DNA of 64,000 bases, from positions 868,001-932,000 of the forward strand of contig NW_027191408.1 of NCBI RefSeq assembly GCF_041146345.1. Reading direction: 5' to 3'. Origin of the DNA: Neodothiora populina (Eukaryota). The translations under genes were made by a program, and so were the position numbers. Below are positions 10,583 to 23,673 of the stretch, piece by piece; positions within the stretch are counted from its first letter, which is position 1; each line of letters opens with the position of its first letter. The notes beneath the pieces were generated by a model. It was given only the letters and a program-made list of their open reading frames with translations. It was not told where the DNA came from and did not search any database.

Positions 10583-12219
10583 CTAGTCTTCGAGGACCTT
10601 GCCATCATCAATAACGATCGAGTGAGTAGGTCCGGGTAGGTCTTTGCTCGTGGGCAAAATAGACCTCGAAGTCTCCCCAGATAATCTGGTTTGATTCACT
10701 TGTCCATCAATGCCATAGCTCGTGACGCCCTCGCTCTCACTTCCGGTATCATCGTCGCCTCTGTGACTTCTGACGCTGCTCGCTCGGCTCACATCCGCAC
10801 TGTGAGGTGTCTCTGCTCTCAGGCCAAGCCCTTTCTTCCCACGACCGGGACTCGCATCAGGTATGCCCTTCCAGTCAGCAGCCTTGGTCTGGTGAACTTC
10901 TTCTCCAAGTTCGGGTTCCTTGATGACCACACTGTTCCTTCTCGTCCGTGTTTCTGGGACGTTCTTCCACACTACCGCCATCTTGTCGAAGGCTCGCGTG
11001 CCCTTCCGTAATGAGCCCTTGATACCATCCATGGCATCAAAGTCGATCTCGAAGACTCCCGCGTCGTCTGCTTCGCCGTTGCGCTCGGGACCCTGGCCTT
11101 CGAAGAAGGTGTTGAACCAAACATGTGCCACAGACGTAACCATGCTCATACCGTACCCAGCTTTGTTGCGACGCTCGAAGTCTATGTTGATGTCGCCTGT
11201 GGGCACTACAAGTGATTCCTTTGGACGGAAGACAACATCGCCAGTCTTGCCGTCGGCCAAGTCGGAGGGTGCTCTCGTGGTGGTTTTGTTGGACTCGGCC
11301 ATGGCCCTTTCATCTGTCGGCTCCATGGACGCCGTGTGGACCGCCTTGTTGTTGCTGTTATTGTTGCCCATCTTCATGGCCTCAACAACAACATCTGCTA
11401 GGCCAGCAGACTTGCGCAGGCCACCTCTTACAATTTCCCGTTCGGACTTGGAGAAGACGTGAAGGACCTTGATGGTCCTTCCGTCATCCACGAAGCCCTC
11501 GACGGCCACCTTTACTCCATCTCTGAGGCCCCATATGTGCACTTCGAGTATCTCGACAGGTCGCTCCACATATACTTTACCGGTCTTGGCCCAGCGCTCG
11601 ACATAACCCACCCAGCGTAGCTGACTTGGTATACTGACTCCGGCGCCAAAGTTGGGTCGCATGCGACGCTCGGTGAATCTCTTCAGAGCATCTTCCTTGG
11701 TCCAACCCTCTTCGCTGATCAGATAGCTGCAGCTTACTGTGCCGCTTCTGCCTTTACCAGCCTTACAATGGACGACGGTGACGCGTTTCTGCCGATGCTC
11801 TTCGCTTATATTGGGATCTTGCCGCCAGTTGCGCATGCTTCCCATGATCAGAGGGATCAACCCGAACGGGGGCGGATGATGGTCGGGCCATGGATAGTGG
11901 TAGACGCGATTGTAGACTTCCGAGTCCGGGTATCCTGTACCTTCGGCGCGAAACTCCCAGATGGCCCAGTCATCTCCGTGCTTTTCATCGAGGAACTTCC
12001 GGAGTTGATCCAGCGGAGTCCTGTAGGCCAGTTGTGGGTATGTGCCGGATGGACCAGAGGTAGCAATGACTGAACAAGAATTAACTAGATTTACAAGTTT
12101 TGCGGCCATGAACACAATCGTAGTGGCATACTGTTGTCTGTAACGTAGCAGAGGTCAAGACCGGCTTCCGGATGACGTGCGCGGGGACCAGCGACTATCT
12201 GTCGCAAAATAGAAGCCAT
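10583..12219 (-). CDS. TEP1: PTEN-like phosphoinositide 3-phosphatase; intron 12070-12131
   Basis: MASILRQIVAGPRARHPEAGLDLCYVTDN/IIATSGP, WPDHHPP loop, intact catalytic HCKAGKGR, GVSIPSQLRWV, C2-like HVWFNTFFE. Confidence 0.93.
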
Positions 12220-12867
12220 ACCTTAATTTGGCGCTGGCTGTGGACTGGAGTATTATATTATTGGGTGCATGGATCAAAGTGCCAGCTGGAATAACGACGG
12301 GAAAGTATCAAGCAAGCAAGTCAATGCGAACATGTTGACACTTCACGAACAAGCTTCAAAATGATGAGAAACGATGATGCAGTCACATCTAGTCTTTGGG
12401 CCATCAGGTGCAGCAATCACAAACCCTTTTCCCTGCTCCAAATACTGGAGGTGGCAGTGCTTGATGATAAAGCTTGTTTCCCACTCTTGTTTCTTCCCCA
12501 CAGCTGTCCAAACAACAACGTCAGCGGCTCTGGCTTTTCACGATGACTCGGGACCGGCCGTGCCCGTGCACAGGTGATGCTTACAGTCTGTGAGTGCAGT
12601 CCAGGTGGTGTGGTCTGAGTGCAGGTGGTCTGACCGTTGTGACTTCTTGACTCGCGCCGATCCGGTCTCGTTATCGTCGACTTATCCGGTCGTGGCACTG
12701 CTCACTCACTCAACCTTGATGTACCTGTGCTGTACCTGCGTCTGTTGAGCGCCGGTGTATTCTCGTGCAAGGTACTTTTGTGACTGCGTGATATCTTTCC
12801 ATGATTCCTTTTGCAATTCTACATACTCCATAAGAGTCTCACAGTTTTCGTCCTCTCATTTACCGCA

Positions 12868-13686
12868 ATGACTGACCTCGAGCCTTTGCCGGCCTTCCTG
12901 GCTCTGCCACCTGAAATCCGTAATAATATATATGACCTTTTGTTCGTCACGCCATCACCCTACTCACCTCTAATTCCGAGTCATTCGACAAGGGGGTCTC
13001 GATCGAATTCGTTGCTCACTTTTGGTCGTGAATCTCCTCTTGATCAAGCTGCCGTGTTTGTAACGACCAAGAACCTCTGTGGCCTGCTCCAGACTTGCAA
13101 GTCGCTGAATGCCGAAGCCAACTTCCTTTATCTCTCTCGTACTCGATTCAGCCTGCCGGGTCATTATGCCAGTCCCGAATATTTCTCCAGAGCCGTGAGA
13201 CCTCTGTCGACATGTCAAGTGCAGCACATTAGACACATCACGCTGACCGGGAGGATCAACAACATGCGTGCAATGAACGAGAGCTGGAACGGCACTCCCT
13301 TTGATAACCCTAATCTCCATCTGGAGACACTGACCATTATACCTCGACGTCCTCAAAACCACGAGTCCAACTACGCCGAGATTGCGGATCTGAGTCAATC
13401 GCATACACTGGCATACATCCTTTGCGAGACACTGAAAGGCCTCAAAAGTGTTGACAGAATCATCGTGCGCAATGATGAAGCGTGTTTCAGCGATGCTGTT
13501 TGGAAGCTGGTCTACAAAAGCCTCGTCTGGAAAATGTTCAGATGGGCCGGCAGGGATGTAGGCCTCAAGTTCAGACAGGACGCAAGGGGTGAGGTTTGGT
13601 TTGAGATACTCAATGGCACACACGGGAAGAGAAGTGATGGCTGGCGAGACGCTCACGAGGAAGTGAGCCGTTTGATCGAGAGATAG
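12868..13686 (+). CDS. Hypothetical protein with N-terminal F-box-like motif, about 272 aa
   Basis: FLALPPEIRNNIYDLLF and LLQTCKSLNAEA are typical of fungal F-box-like families. Intronless ORF from ATG 12868. Confidence 0.65.
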   Translation: MTDLEPLPAFLALPPEIRNNIYDLLFVTPSPYSPLIPSHSTRGSRSNSLLTFGRESPLDQAAVFVTTKNLCGLLQTCKSLNAEANFLYLSRTRFSLPGHYASPEYFSRAVRPLSTCQVQHIRHITLTGRINNMRAMNESWNGTPFDNPNLHLETLTIIPRRPQNHESNYAEIADLSQSHTLAYILCETLKGLKSVDRIIVRNDEACFSDAVWKLVYKSLVWKMFRWAGRDVGLKFRQDARGEVWFEILNGTHGKRSDGWRDAHEEVSRLIER

Positions 13687-13986
13687 ATTTACTGCTTGCT
13701 TGGGTTTTGGACTCTGGAGTTGTGTTGACATGTACCATCTTTCTGCGGATACCACGTTTTTATTATTTCTATCTTATACACTCAAGCCTTGCGATGTTGT
13801 TCCGTTCGCTTGACAATCACGTATGACAAGCCGTTTGTTGTCTGTTCGTAATGTGGTCGCAGCGCTCTGTCTCTTCCACCTCTCCGCTTATGCGCCTTGC
13901 CTTGAACAACACAAGGTCGCAATTGAAGATATGGGGTTCAAGTACATTTTTGAATTCTACAACACCGTCATCTCAAACCATTTACA

Positions 13987-15821
13987 ATGAACAACGTGAA
14001 TCCAGCAAGAGCAGCTCGCATCTTTGGCGCAGGAGCAAGCGCCAATCTTCTCCATGCATCATCTTCATGGCCAGCAGCAGAATCAGTTGCGACAGTGGCG
14101 GCGGCGGCGGCGGCGGCGTCGGCAGAGTCTCTTCGAACTCCGCTGCCGATCTCACAAGCCATACCAACACCACTGTTCAAAACGACGCCCTCAGACACAA
14201 GGACAGCAACGACGCCATTACTGCCGCCAATGAGCAGCAGCGAGTATAGAACCATTGATGAAATGACACCGATTGCCACGACCGCCATCCCAAGGGAAAA
14301 TAATAGTATTTTCAAGGGCGCAGGGAGTGCAGCGGTCCTAGGTCCGGATCCTTCGTTTATTCAGGTCGCCAATCCGTATATTTTCGAGCAGAAAGTCCAG
14401 GGTTGCTTGACTGCGCTTGGCAGCAGTGAAGCAAAAGAGGACAATATCAGATTGCAAGGTGTGCTATGGATTGATAGTGTGAGGAAAGCGCTGCAATTGT
14501 GAGTTCTGTTTGTTTGCTTTCTGATGCATTTTGTCGTGGTATAAATGACTGACTTGACAATCAGACCTATTCGCACTTTCAACACGGCTGTGGTGTATTA
14601 TCACAAGTTTCGCCTGGTGCATGCTGATAACGAGTACATGTTCATCGTAAGGTCATCAAGCAAAGTTTCTTTTGTCACAGTGCACAAGCTGATACTCTCT
14701 CACTACAGGACGCTGCGGCTGCGGCTCTCTTCACAGCATGCAAAATCGAGGACACGTTGAAAAAGTCTCGCGAGATATTATGCGCTGCTTTCAACCTCAA
14801 AGCCGCTCCGTCAGAGCATTTGAGTCCAGATGACCAGGTAAGTGTTGGGCACATGTCAAAAGTGCAATGTGCAGTGCAATCAGTCCTGACAATAAAGCAG
14901 ATGTTCGACGGACCTTCGAAGACCATAGTGGGTCTGGAGCGCCTCATGCTCGAGTCCGCAGGCTTCGACTTCCGAAACCGTCATCCACAGAGATATGTGA
15001 TCAAGATGATTCGGTCCAGTGGCCTCGACGCGCGGACGGTGGGCAAGACGGCATATAACATGTGCATCGACATCTACCGTACCTTTGCGCCTCTGAAACA
15101 AACAGCGCCTACCCTTGCTCTAGCTTGTGTCGAACTCGCAGCTCGAGTCTGCGGTGTGGCCTCCGACACCGTCTTTATCGGCGGTGGCGACAATGGCGAC
15201 ATGTACAGGCGGTGGTGGACGAGTCGCGAGGAGGTCCTGGAGACCGTTCTCGACCTACTGGATCTCTACACGCATCATCCGAAGTTGACAGTAGTCGGCA
15301 CCGAGTACCCGATCGACAGCTTCATCAACACGCGGATAACGCTGAACAAAGAATCCACGTCGGCGCATCACGCGCGCTACACAGAATGGACCAGTTCAGC
15401 ATCATCATTACTATCGACAAACCCCAACGTTCCCAGCAGCACATCAGCAGCAACCTCCAACGGCTCCCATCATCCCATAAATGGCTCCACGACAAAACCA
15501 CCACCAACAACAACAACGACAACAACAACAATATCCCCCAACTCCCCCTCCCCGTCTTCAGCAACAGCAGACTCGAAAACGCCGCAACACCCGCACCTCT
15601 CCCCTCCCGACCGCACAGTAGCAACGACAACCCTAGGCCCCATATCAGCAGTGACGGGCGCCCGCAGCAGAGTGGGCGAGAGAAGCCGAGACTCGATGGT
15701 GCGGTTCATGTTACATGCGCAGAAAGCGAGGGATGAGCGAGCGGCGGTGGGCAGGTTTTTGGGAGCTGATGAGTGGGAGGAGTGGGAGGAGGAGGTCGAG
15801 GTGCCCGTTTCTGCTGCTTAG
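13987..15821 (+). CDS. CTK2: CTD kinase (CTDK-I) cyclin subunit, cyclin K-like; introns 14499-14564, 14647-14708, 14838-14900
   Basis: Cyclin box EDNIRLQGVLWIDSVRKALQL/PIRTFNTAVVYYHKFRL..AAALFTACKIEDTLKKSREI..GLERLMLESAGFDFRNRHPQ. The start is uncertain (13987 or a downstream ATG such as 14230). Confidence 0.85.
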
Positions 15822-16386
15822 GGGCTTTCTGGCTTTGTTTTTCTGGTTGGAGGGCGGGTCTAGGGAGTAGGAGGGTGCGGAGGATATAAGAATGGAAAGG
15901 AGAGGCAAAGGAAAGACATTCATTTGTACCATCAGTGAATCTTGATATTGACCATTTCGGTTCTTGGACTGTTTTCTTGTTTTGGGTCCAGGAGATCTAC
16001 TGGATTCGACCTTTGTTCCATTCTTCCGCTCCAGAGACTTGGTATCGAACTATCCTGTTTTTAGAATGTGTATTGCACAGACACACCCATACATAGATAC
16101 ACCTCGAATTTCTTGAGGAGCGAGACAATGGCCGGTCGCGTACGTGTTTCTACAATCTCTTCTCTTCCGCTTTCCCCTAGAGTGCTGAAGCGGGAGGTAT
16201 GATCTCATCTGAAGTCAACGAACAACAGAGAAAGAGCAGATATACAAGAAGGGGGAAAACGATACATTTAATTTTCGTTTCTTCCTGCTTTCATCTTCTC
16301 CTCTTTTTCTTTCATCCCAATCGGCAGGTAAGAGCTATCTACCCTACCCTGCCCTGTTTTACATTAATCCTGGGGTTTTTTTTTCT

Positions 16387-18502
16387 CTACTCGACCAACC
16401 ATCTATCGTCGTCGTCGGCGACGTCGTAATCGATCATTTCCCTGTTACTCGAGTCCTGCTGCCCTGCACCATTACCTCCTGCAGCAGTAGCACCCGTGTT
16501 CGTCGTCGAGGCATCGTCCATCTTGATATCCTGACCTGCGCCACCGGCTCCTCCGACGGCAGCAGCGCCAGAAGACGCAGAATCGGCAATATCGGGCACG
16601 ACATTGTTGGCCACCCAGGACAGCTCGACGCGGCCGATATGAGGCACTTCTTTCGCCTGGCCGATGAATTTCTCCGCGAGGTAGCGGGCTTTGAAGTTCA
16701 GCAGTGCGGCGTCCTTGCGGCTAGGGTGGGGGTGGATGTGGGCGGATTCCATCATGTCGTTCTTTTTGCAGCGTGTTAGTGAACAGTAGATGATAGAGGG
16801 AAAGAGAAAAAACGTACGAAGAGGAGGTATTGTCTAAGAGCCTCGTCCTTTTCGGGACCCATTTCTTCGCCGTCCGGGAAGACGACGGCGACGTTTCGCG
16901 GCCGGTTGTCGAGTCTCATTACTGCGCCGCCGCCTCGGGGTGCGAATCCTCCTCTGCCCGCTGCGGCTGCGCCGGCTCCTCGCCATGAGCCGCGAGGCAC
17001 GAACCCGCCTCGTCCTCTGTAGCCTCCTCTTGCGCCGCCACCGCGAGCAGGGAATCCTCCCCAGGGTTGAGAGTCTTCGTTCGGGTTGATGCCCATGCTT
17101 TCGGCCTCCTTTTCTAGCTCGGCGAGTTTGGCTTTGAGGGCTTCTGTCGCCGAGGGCGGCTTGTTGGTATTGCCATCCGCGGCTGCTGCACCGTTCGCCG
17201 GCGCTGAAGAAATGTCTGGGGTGCCTGATTTGGCGCGTTCTTTGGCGGCCAGCTTGGCCAGCAGTTTGCTTCGCTCTTCCGCCTGGGCTCGGACTTTCTG
17301 CTCGAGTTCCTCGCGCGCGGCCTCTGCTTCTTTCAGCTTCTTCATCTTCTCTTCGTGAGCGCGCTGTGCCTCCTCTTGCTTCTTTGCAAACTCGACGGGG
17401 TCAATCTTCTCTTCCTGCGCCTCTTGGCCCATTTCGACGTCTTCGTTCTCCGTCTGCTGATGTTTGTTGAATCTGCCGCCGCCGCCGTTGCGGTAGGGTT
17501 CTTGGTTGCGTGTTCTGTCGGGGTTGTACCAGAAGACCTTGACGAAGCGGTCGTCGAAGATTGCTTTTCGGCTTTCCTTTGCGGACTTGGCGCTGTCGAA
17601 GCTGTCGTACTTGACGATGGCGAGACGCCTGTAAGGTTGCAGCTTGACTTCTTCGATGGTGCCAAAGTCGGAGAAGAAGTCGCGCACGGCCTGCTCTTCG
17701 AACTTGTCTTGGGGGATCTGTTCCACGACAATCGAGGTGATGGAGTGGTCATGGTTGGGACCAGCCATGGAGAACTCGGCGCGACCACCGCGACCTCCCC
17801 GATGCGCACCTCTGTCGCCACGGCCTCGTCCGCGTCCTCCTCGCGCACGCTCGTAAGCGCCCCGTGACTCTTGACCTGCGTGACCAGGGAGACTCGAGTT
17901 GGCCGGGTCGTACTCGTCCTGCTGCGTGGGAACAACAAAATGGTCGTTCCCGTGCTCGTAGGGACACGATGCTCCGAGGGCGCAGAAGCCTTTGGTGTCG
18001 TAGTCCTTGCATCTCTCGCCGGGTCGCTTGGGCGGCAGAGCAGAGGGCGGGGCGAAGCCACCAGACTGAGAGGGACTGAAAGGCATGGCTGGCATGGCTG
18101 GCATGCCCGGCAGAGGAGGCATACCCATGGCCTGCATGGCCATCAGAGTGGCAAGAGGATTGTTGGCGTCGAACTGAGGCATTCCAGGTGGAGGCGTGGG
18201 CAATTGCGGCGGCTGGCCCAGAGCCGGGTTGTGCTGCGGAGCCATTCCCATTCCCATGCCCATTCCCATTCCCATTCCTCCTCTTCCACCACCACGCTGT
18301 TGGTCAAACCCTCCACGGCCTCCTCTTCGCATCTGCTTCATCGCACGTCCGTTCTGAGCAGCGCCGTAGCCGTTCTGGCCCTCGCCTGCCTCCCGTTCGT
18401 CGAAGCCTCTCTTGCGCGACTGCTGGCCTTTGTCCTTGGCGAATCCCGTGGGTCCACTTGGAGGATTGAAGCCAGAGGGTGCACCAAGGCCTGAGACGGC
18501 AT

Positions 18503-18534
<32 letters not shown>

Positions 18535-18836
18535 GATGCGGCAGAGAAGGGGTTCGTCTGTGCCTGTGGCGCTTGTTGTTGCTGAGCGCGCGCGGGATCA
18601 AACGACTTTGTAGCGACCACCCTGAACACATCATCCACAAAAGCAGTCGTGTGCTCTTTGAGGAAATCATCCAGGTTCTCCTGACAGTTCTGTCGCACTT
18701 GATCGTCGCTCTCGTCCGACTTCACGAGGGCCAGGACGTAGTCGGCCAAGACGTCTGAATCTGCGTCTGAAATGTCCTCGAGCCTCGCGACGATCCACGT
18801 CTTGAGCTGCTCTGCCTCTGCATCTTCGAGATGCAT
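16387..18836 (-). CDS. PWI + CCCH zinc finger + RRM RNA-binding protein (RBM26/RBM27/Rmn1-like); intron 16762-16817
   Basis: PWI LKTWIVARLEDISDADSDVLADYVLAL, CCCH RCKDYDTKGFCALGASCPYEHG, RRM (FFSDFGTIEEV..AIVKYD..IFDDRFVKVFW), RGG boxes, second RRM-like C-terminus after splicing. Confidence 0.9.
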
Positions 18837-19409
18837 CGTTTTTTCCTGATGGTTTCCTTTCTCTTGCGCTTCTTCTGGGTTTCCTCTTCCCCTTTTCTTC
18901 GATGTCGCGTTGTTCTGAAAACAATAAGAAAAGAGAGAATAAGAAGTCTCGCCTTGTGTTGAAACACTTCACGTCGATGCCACTGCGCTTGGGAAATGTC
19001 TTGGCGGCCGATGGAGTCATAGCTCTTCTCCCCTTCTGTCGCCAGAGGGTGACCCTGGCTGTGTTTGGTCCATTTCCCACAAACATTGATCCTTTTCTTC
19101 GACACTGTACCTTGTGCGAACTGGCCCTTGTCAAGTAGCAAGGCCATGTTGCAGTCCCGGATTCGGTGTGGCATCTGTCAGAGAACACCGGCACGTTTGC
19201 AGTGCATCGAGAATACAGTGACAACCGCTATTGTTGTACAACATTCCGGACCGCTGCTTCACTCGGCTTCACCACACGTCGACCCGGAGGTTTGGACTTT
19301 ACACATTTGTTAGAACCAATACACTCTGCTTTATTGTGCCTGTCTGGCTACTGTTTGTACACTAGTACAATAATTGTAGTACTATTATGCTGGTACTATT
19401 ACGCCAGCA

Positions 19410-22166
19410 CTAATAGGCTGGTCCTCTTCTGATCTCCCTGCCGTATTCGTCCACGTAAATCTCCACGCGTCGCGGTGCCGGTGGTGGCATGGGATAAGGC
19501 ATTGGCTGGCCATACCCGTAACGCCCCTCTGCCTCTCTACCACCGCCATACTCGGGTCCTGGCGCCACGCTGACCGCCCTGGTACTCGGCGCTGGAGCTG
19601 CGCTGCTGTGGTCCGCCACTCTGACGTACTCTGGCTGAGGCATCACACTGGGCGCTCGTGACACATACCTGACCGCCTCTGCTTCTGGTCTTACGCTGTA
19701 TGCTCTTGCGTACCCTGGTGCTACAGGGTCCGCTGGGTACGCCGAGGCTCGATGACTTGCTGGTGGAGGCGCCTCTCTCATATACACCGGTTCCTCTCGA
19801 TAGTACTGTGGTTCAGCATGTCTAGAGTACTCTCTCTGTCTGTATGCCCTGTAATCCACCCCCTCACCTTCAGGTTGCACAGTGACACGTCTCATTGATG
19901 CCGATGGTGGTGGTGGTGGTGGGGGAGCGAACATCCTGCCGTCGTCGTACCCACCTGATCCAGCTTGTGGCGCATACACTACAGACGCTCGACTCGGTGC
20001 GCGCTCGTACGCAGTTTCTCCCTCGTACCTTGCTGGTGGAGCGACCGACATTCTCGTGGCCATTGGTGGTGGCGGCGGTGGTGGCGGCAAAGATGCTTCG
20101 GCTGACATCGGGCCTGCATCGTCAGCCGCAATATATCTGTTGCCATACTGATCCACAATGATTCTCCTGGCTGGTGGAAGAGGCGGTGGCGCCATCATAG
20201 CTGGCGAATGTAATCTTTGCACGTAGCTCTCTCGTCCTGCGCGAAGCTGAGGCGGGGACATGGACCTTTCAGAGCGAATATATCGGCTTGGTGCCCTGGC
20301 AACTTCTGGTTGATAGCTGCCAAACGATGCCGGGCTCGGCTGTTCCGTGTAAGACTGCGACATTGTCCGGTATGGCGCTACAGGTGAATATACGGGAGAC
20401 ATGGGTCGACGTGCTGCATGCAGGCTGGCCACGCGCCGCAGATCCTGATCGTCCCTCCTGGGTCTCTGATAGCCCGATGGAGATGACACTCTGATCACTG
20501 TGGGTGATGCCGGACTCTCGTATGCCATATGAGGTGGAGGCGGCGGCGGCGGCGCCTGCGGTTGCACCTGCGGTTGCGCCTGCTCCTGGTAGTATGGCTC
20601 ACGAGGAGGACGAGGCCTGAAGTCACGAGGCGACACAATCTCTACATCGGGTGGCAGCTCATACTGCGCTCGAGACTTGGTATCGTGAAGAGTAGACATG
20701 TCAGCAAATGGCAGCGGAGATACAGGCTCGGGCTTGATATAAGGCTCTGGCGATCTTGCAGCTGGCGCAGCTTTTGCAGACGCTGCCGTTTCCTGTCGCT
20801 TGAGCTTCTTTTCCGTGGCAACCTCTTCGCGTCTCTTTTTCCTCTGCCTGGTCTTCTGTTTCCTCGACAAGGGCATTTTGGGGCTTTGAGCGCCGGAGTT
20901 GCGGGGAGAAGTGGTCGAGTCTTCGGATACAGCTCTTGCATGTCCTCGACTTCCCAGACTTTGCGATGCTTGTGATCTCAGCGATGATCGGCCTATAGCT
21001 GGGATTTTGGCCATTGCCAGTGGCGAGACTCGTGCCGGCTGTGGCGCAGCTATGTGCGTAAGAAGATTCGTAACGACTTGAGCCTGCTGTGGCGAAGGGA
21101 TCGCGGGCTCCTCAGGAACGAACTCACTACTGTCTGCAAAGCCTGCTTAGTCTTTCTCTTCGAAGATCAAGGAAATGTACATACCGTCGTCGAGGTCCAT
21201 TGCGTCCCCGTCGGCGCCATCTGCACCACTGAAAGCCTCTGCGGCGGGAGGAGAGTATTCTTCAGAGTCCTCCCTCTCGGCATCGTAAGCGCCTTCGGTG
21301 TCATTGGCAAACAAGCTAAGGCCTTCTTCTGCGGAAACAGGCGCCTGTTGGTCATACTGCTTCTCGTGCTCAGATGGGCGATGCTTTGATAGGGAAGGTT
21401 TACTTGCCAGGCCAACATCATTGCTTTGCACCGTGTTTGGCACCGAGGTCGTTGCAGTGACTGCTGCTGCCGCTGCGCCTCGCCTACTATCTGCACTCGA
21501 TTCGGACGACCAGTCGTTCACTTGGCTAGAATAGTATGAATTCTCATCAAACGAGTCACTCGCTGTGGTCTGCGTGTTAGTCAGGGGCTTCAATCCCGAG
21601 ATTGGCTTCACAATATCCCAAGCCTTCTGTAGAATCTCAGGCAGGTCTATAAGCGTTGCAGGCTCTGTATCCGTGTCTCGGCGAAAGCCCGACTTTCGCT
21701 GGTCAACACTCTCCTTCAATTGTTTTTCTATACGCTGCCGCTTCAGATGGATCTCTGCTCTGATCAAGTCGTCTGACTTGGTGAGAAGCACAGGGTCAAT
21801 ACCACTGAGATGCGACATTACGGTAGCGGGCTGGCTCGAGTGTGCAGAGCGGTTGGCTTCGAATGCCGCTACATTCTGTACACCGTCCTGTTGCTTTCCA
21901 TAATGCTGCGTATTCGTTGCTGTCTGGACTCCACCTTGCTGGTCAGTTGCTGAGCCAGAGATCGCTCCATGCGATGATGCCGACGAACCCGACAGGGAAT
22001 CTAGCTTCTGTTTCGCTGCTGCAGGCAACTTGAAGCGCGGATGTCTGTCTGACAAGACCGCATCTCTCAGCTGTAGCAACTGCTCATAGAAAGCTGCCTG
22101 GGCTTTGTGATCTACAATCGCTGGCGCAAAGCCATTTGTATGTGTTGCTGAGGCTGCTTGGGCCAT
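19410..22166 (-). CDS. Uncharacterised Pro/Ser/Tyr-rich protein, about 900 aa; intron 21134-21184
   Basis: ORFs 21147-22166 and 19410-21014 join in frame through a GTATGT..CTAAG..CAG intron. Predicted coiled coil LLTKSDDLIRAEIHLKRQRIEKQL and a basic NLS-like RKQKTRQRKKRR. Confidence 0.8.
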
Positions 22167-22416
22167 TGTCTACTGCCGACACTGTTTATCGTCAGTATGC
22201 GACAGTCAGGCACAGCAAGACTATCAGCGCCGATCTCGTGTGCACCACAAAGAACAGCTGTCGAAGTGAGTGGCAGACGTGGCGACCACGTGAAGCTGTT
22301 TAGTAGAAAGTTCACATTGATGTTCACGCGTCGGTCAAGAAAAGGTAATGACGCCCGGACAATATTCGGATGCCGGAGCCTTGGCCGGCCCGAAGGTTAT
22401 CACCTGTGAGCCAGCA

Positions 22417-22423
22417 TGACTCA
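22417..22423 (+). promoter_or_regulatory. Gcn4/CpcA(AP-1)-type site TGACTCA in the divergent promoter of SDT1 and the unknown gene
   Basis: ATGACTCAA, an exact consensus core. Function is unproven. Confidence 0.4.
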
Positions 22424-22614
22424 ATCATTGGTCAAGGTCCATTCCATGACGGTGGCCATTATCCTTTTATTAATATCTTTACATGTTGACTTCGCGTTCT
22501 TTTGTGTCAACAATAACAAAACCATCATCCTGCGCTGCTAGACCGCCGTTAAGTAGTCTACAGAGGAATTCCGGCCGTCAATCACATAGATTCGTCACAA
22601 CATATAGACACAAG

Positions 22615-23498
22615 ATGGCGGACAAACGAGTAGTCTTCTTCTTTGATATTGATAATTGCGTATGCATTCATCGTGGCAACAACTTCTTGGTTTCTCACGC
22701 TGATTTTCTACTATTTAGCTGTACCCGAAAAGCAAGCGAGTACATGACTTGATGTCCGACTTGATTGGTATGCATCGGTGGCGACATGGGATACCAAATA
22801 CTAACACCGAGCCAGACAAATATTTCGAAACACATCTATCACTCTCTCGTGATGAGGCGAACGAACTACATCAACGCTACTACAAGGAATATGGTCTTGC
22901 TATAGAGGGGCTAGTGCGCCACCACAAAGTCGACCCTTTAGAGTACAACCGCGTGGTAGATGATGCTCTGCCGTTGGAGGATATCCTGGAACCGAACCCG
23001 AAACTGCGCAAGCTCATTGAGGACCTCGACAAGACCAAGGTCAAGCCGTGGTTGTTCACCAATGCCTATGTATCTCATGGCAAAAGAGTGGTGAAACTAC
23101 TCGGGATTGATGATCTTTTCGAGGGTATCACCTATTGCGACTACGGTGCGGAGCAGTTGCTGTGCAAGCCAGCGCCGAAAATGTTCCAGAAAGCCATGAG
23201 AGAGGCAGGTGTTGAGTCCGAAAAAGACTGCTACTTTGTCGGTATGTTGCTTGTGCATCTTTCTTTTTACTCGAACGCAGGCTGACGTGGAGCAGATGAC
23301 TCTGCCATAAACATCAAGGGTGCAACCTCCCTCGGCTGGACAGCAGTACAATACCTTGAACCGGAAGTGAAAGCTCCGGAACCACCTGTTTCTGAATACA
23401 AAGTCAGCGATCTGGAACAGCTGAGAGGGTTGTTCCCTCACTTGTTCGTCTCTACCGCAAGCAACGGTAGCAATGGTAACACGAACGGTGTCCATTAA
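22615..23498 (+). CDS. SDT1: HAD-family pyrimidine 5'-nucleotidase (Sdt1/Phm8-like); introns 22660-22718, 22768-22815, 23242-23295; possible upstream start at 22483
   Basis: FFFDIDNCLY (motif I), YYKEYGLAIEGL, LFTNAY (II), CKP (III), YFVDDS (IV, across the splice). Confidence 0.9.
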
Positions 23499-23644
23499 GA
23501 TCTGCAGCTATCATCGAAACATGCCACAATTGTTGCCTTTCATTCATAGATGGGGCGCATGAGCAAGACTGAATCGCAGCCCCAGCCCAGCACAGATGAG
23601 CCGGAGCTTGTTGTTATTATGATAGCTTAACAGTCAAGTCCAGA

Positions 23645-23673
23645 CAATTGGTCTCGCCAATTGGTCTCGCCAA
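23645..23673. repeat. 13-bp tandem duplication CAATTGGTCTCGC x2
   Basis: Read directly from the sequence. Confidence 0.85.

Noticed and set aside
12970..13755. 261-aa minus-strand ORF
   Set aside because: Antisense to the F-box-like gene, which has the recognisable motifs.
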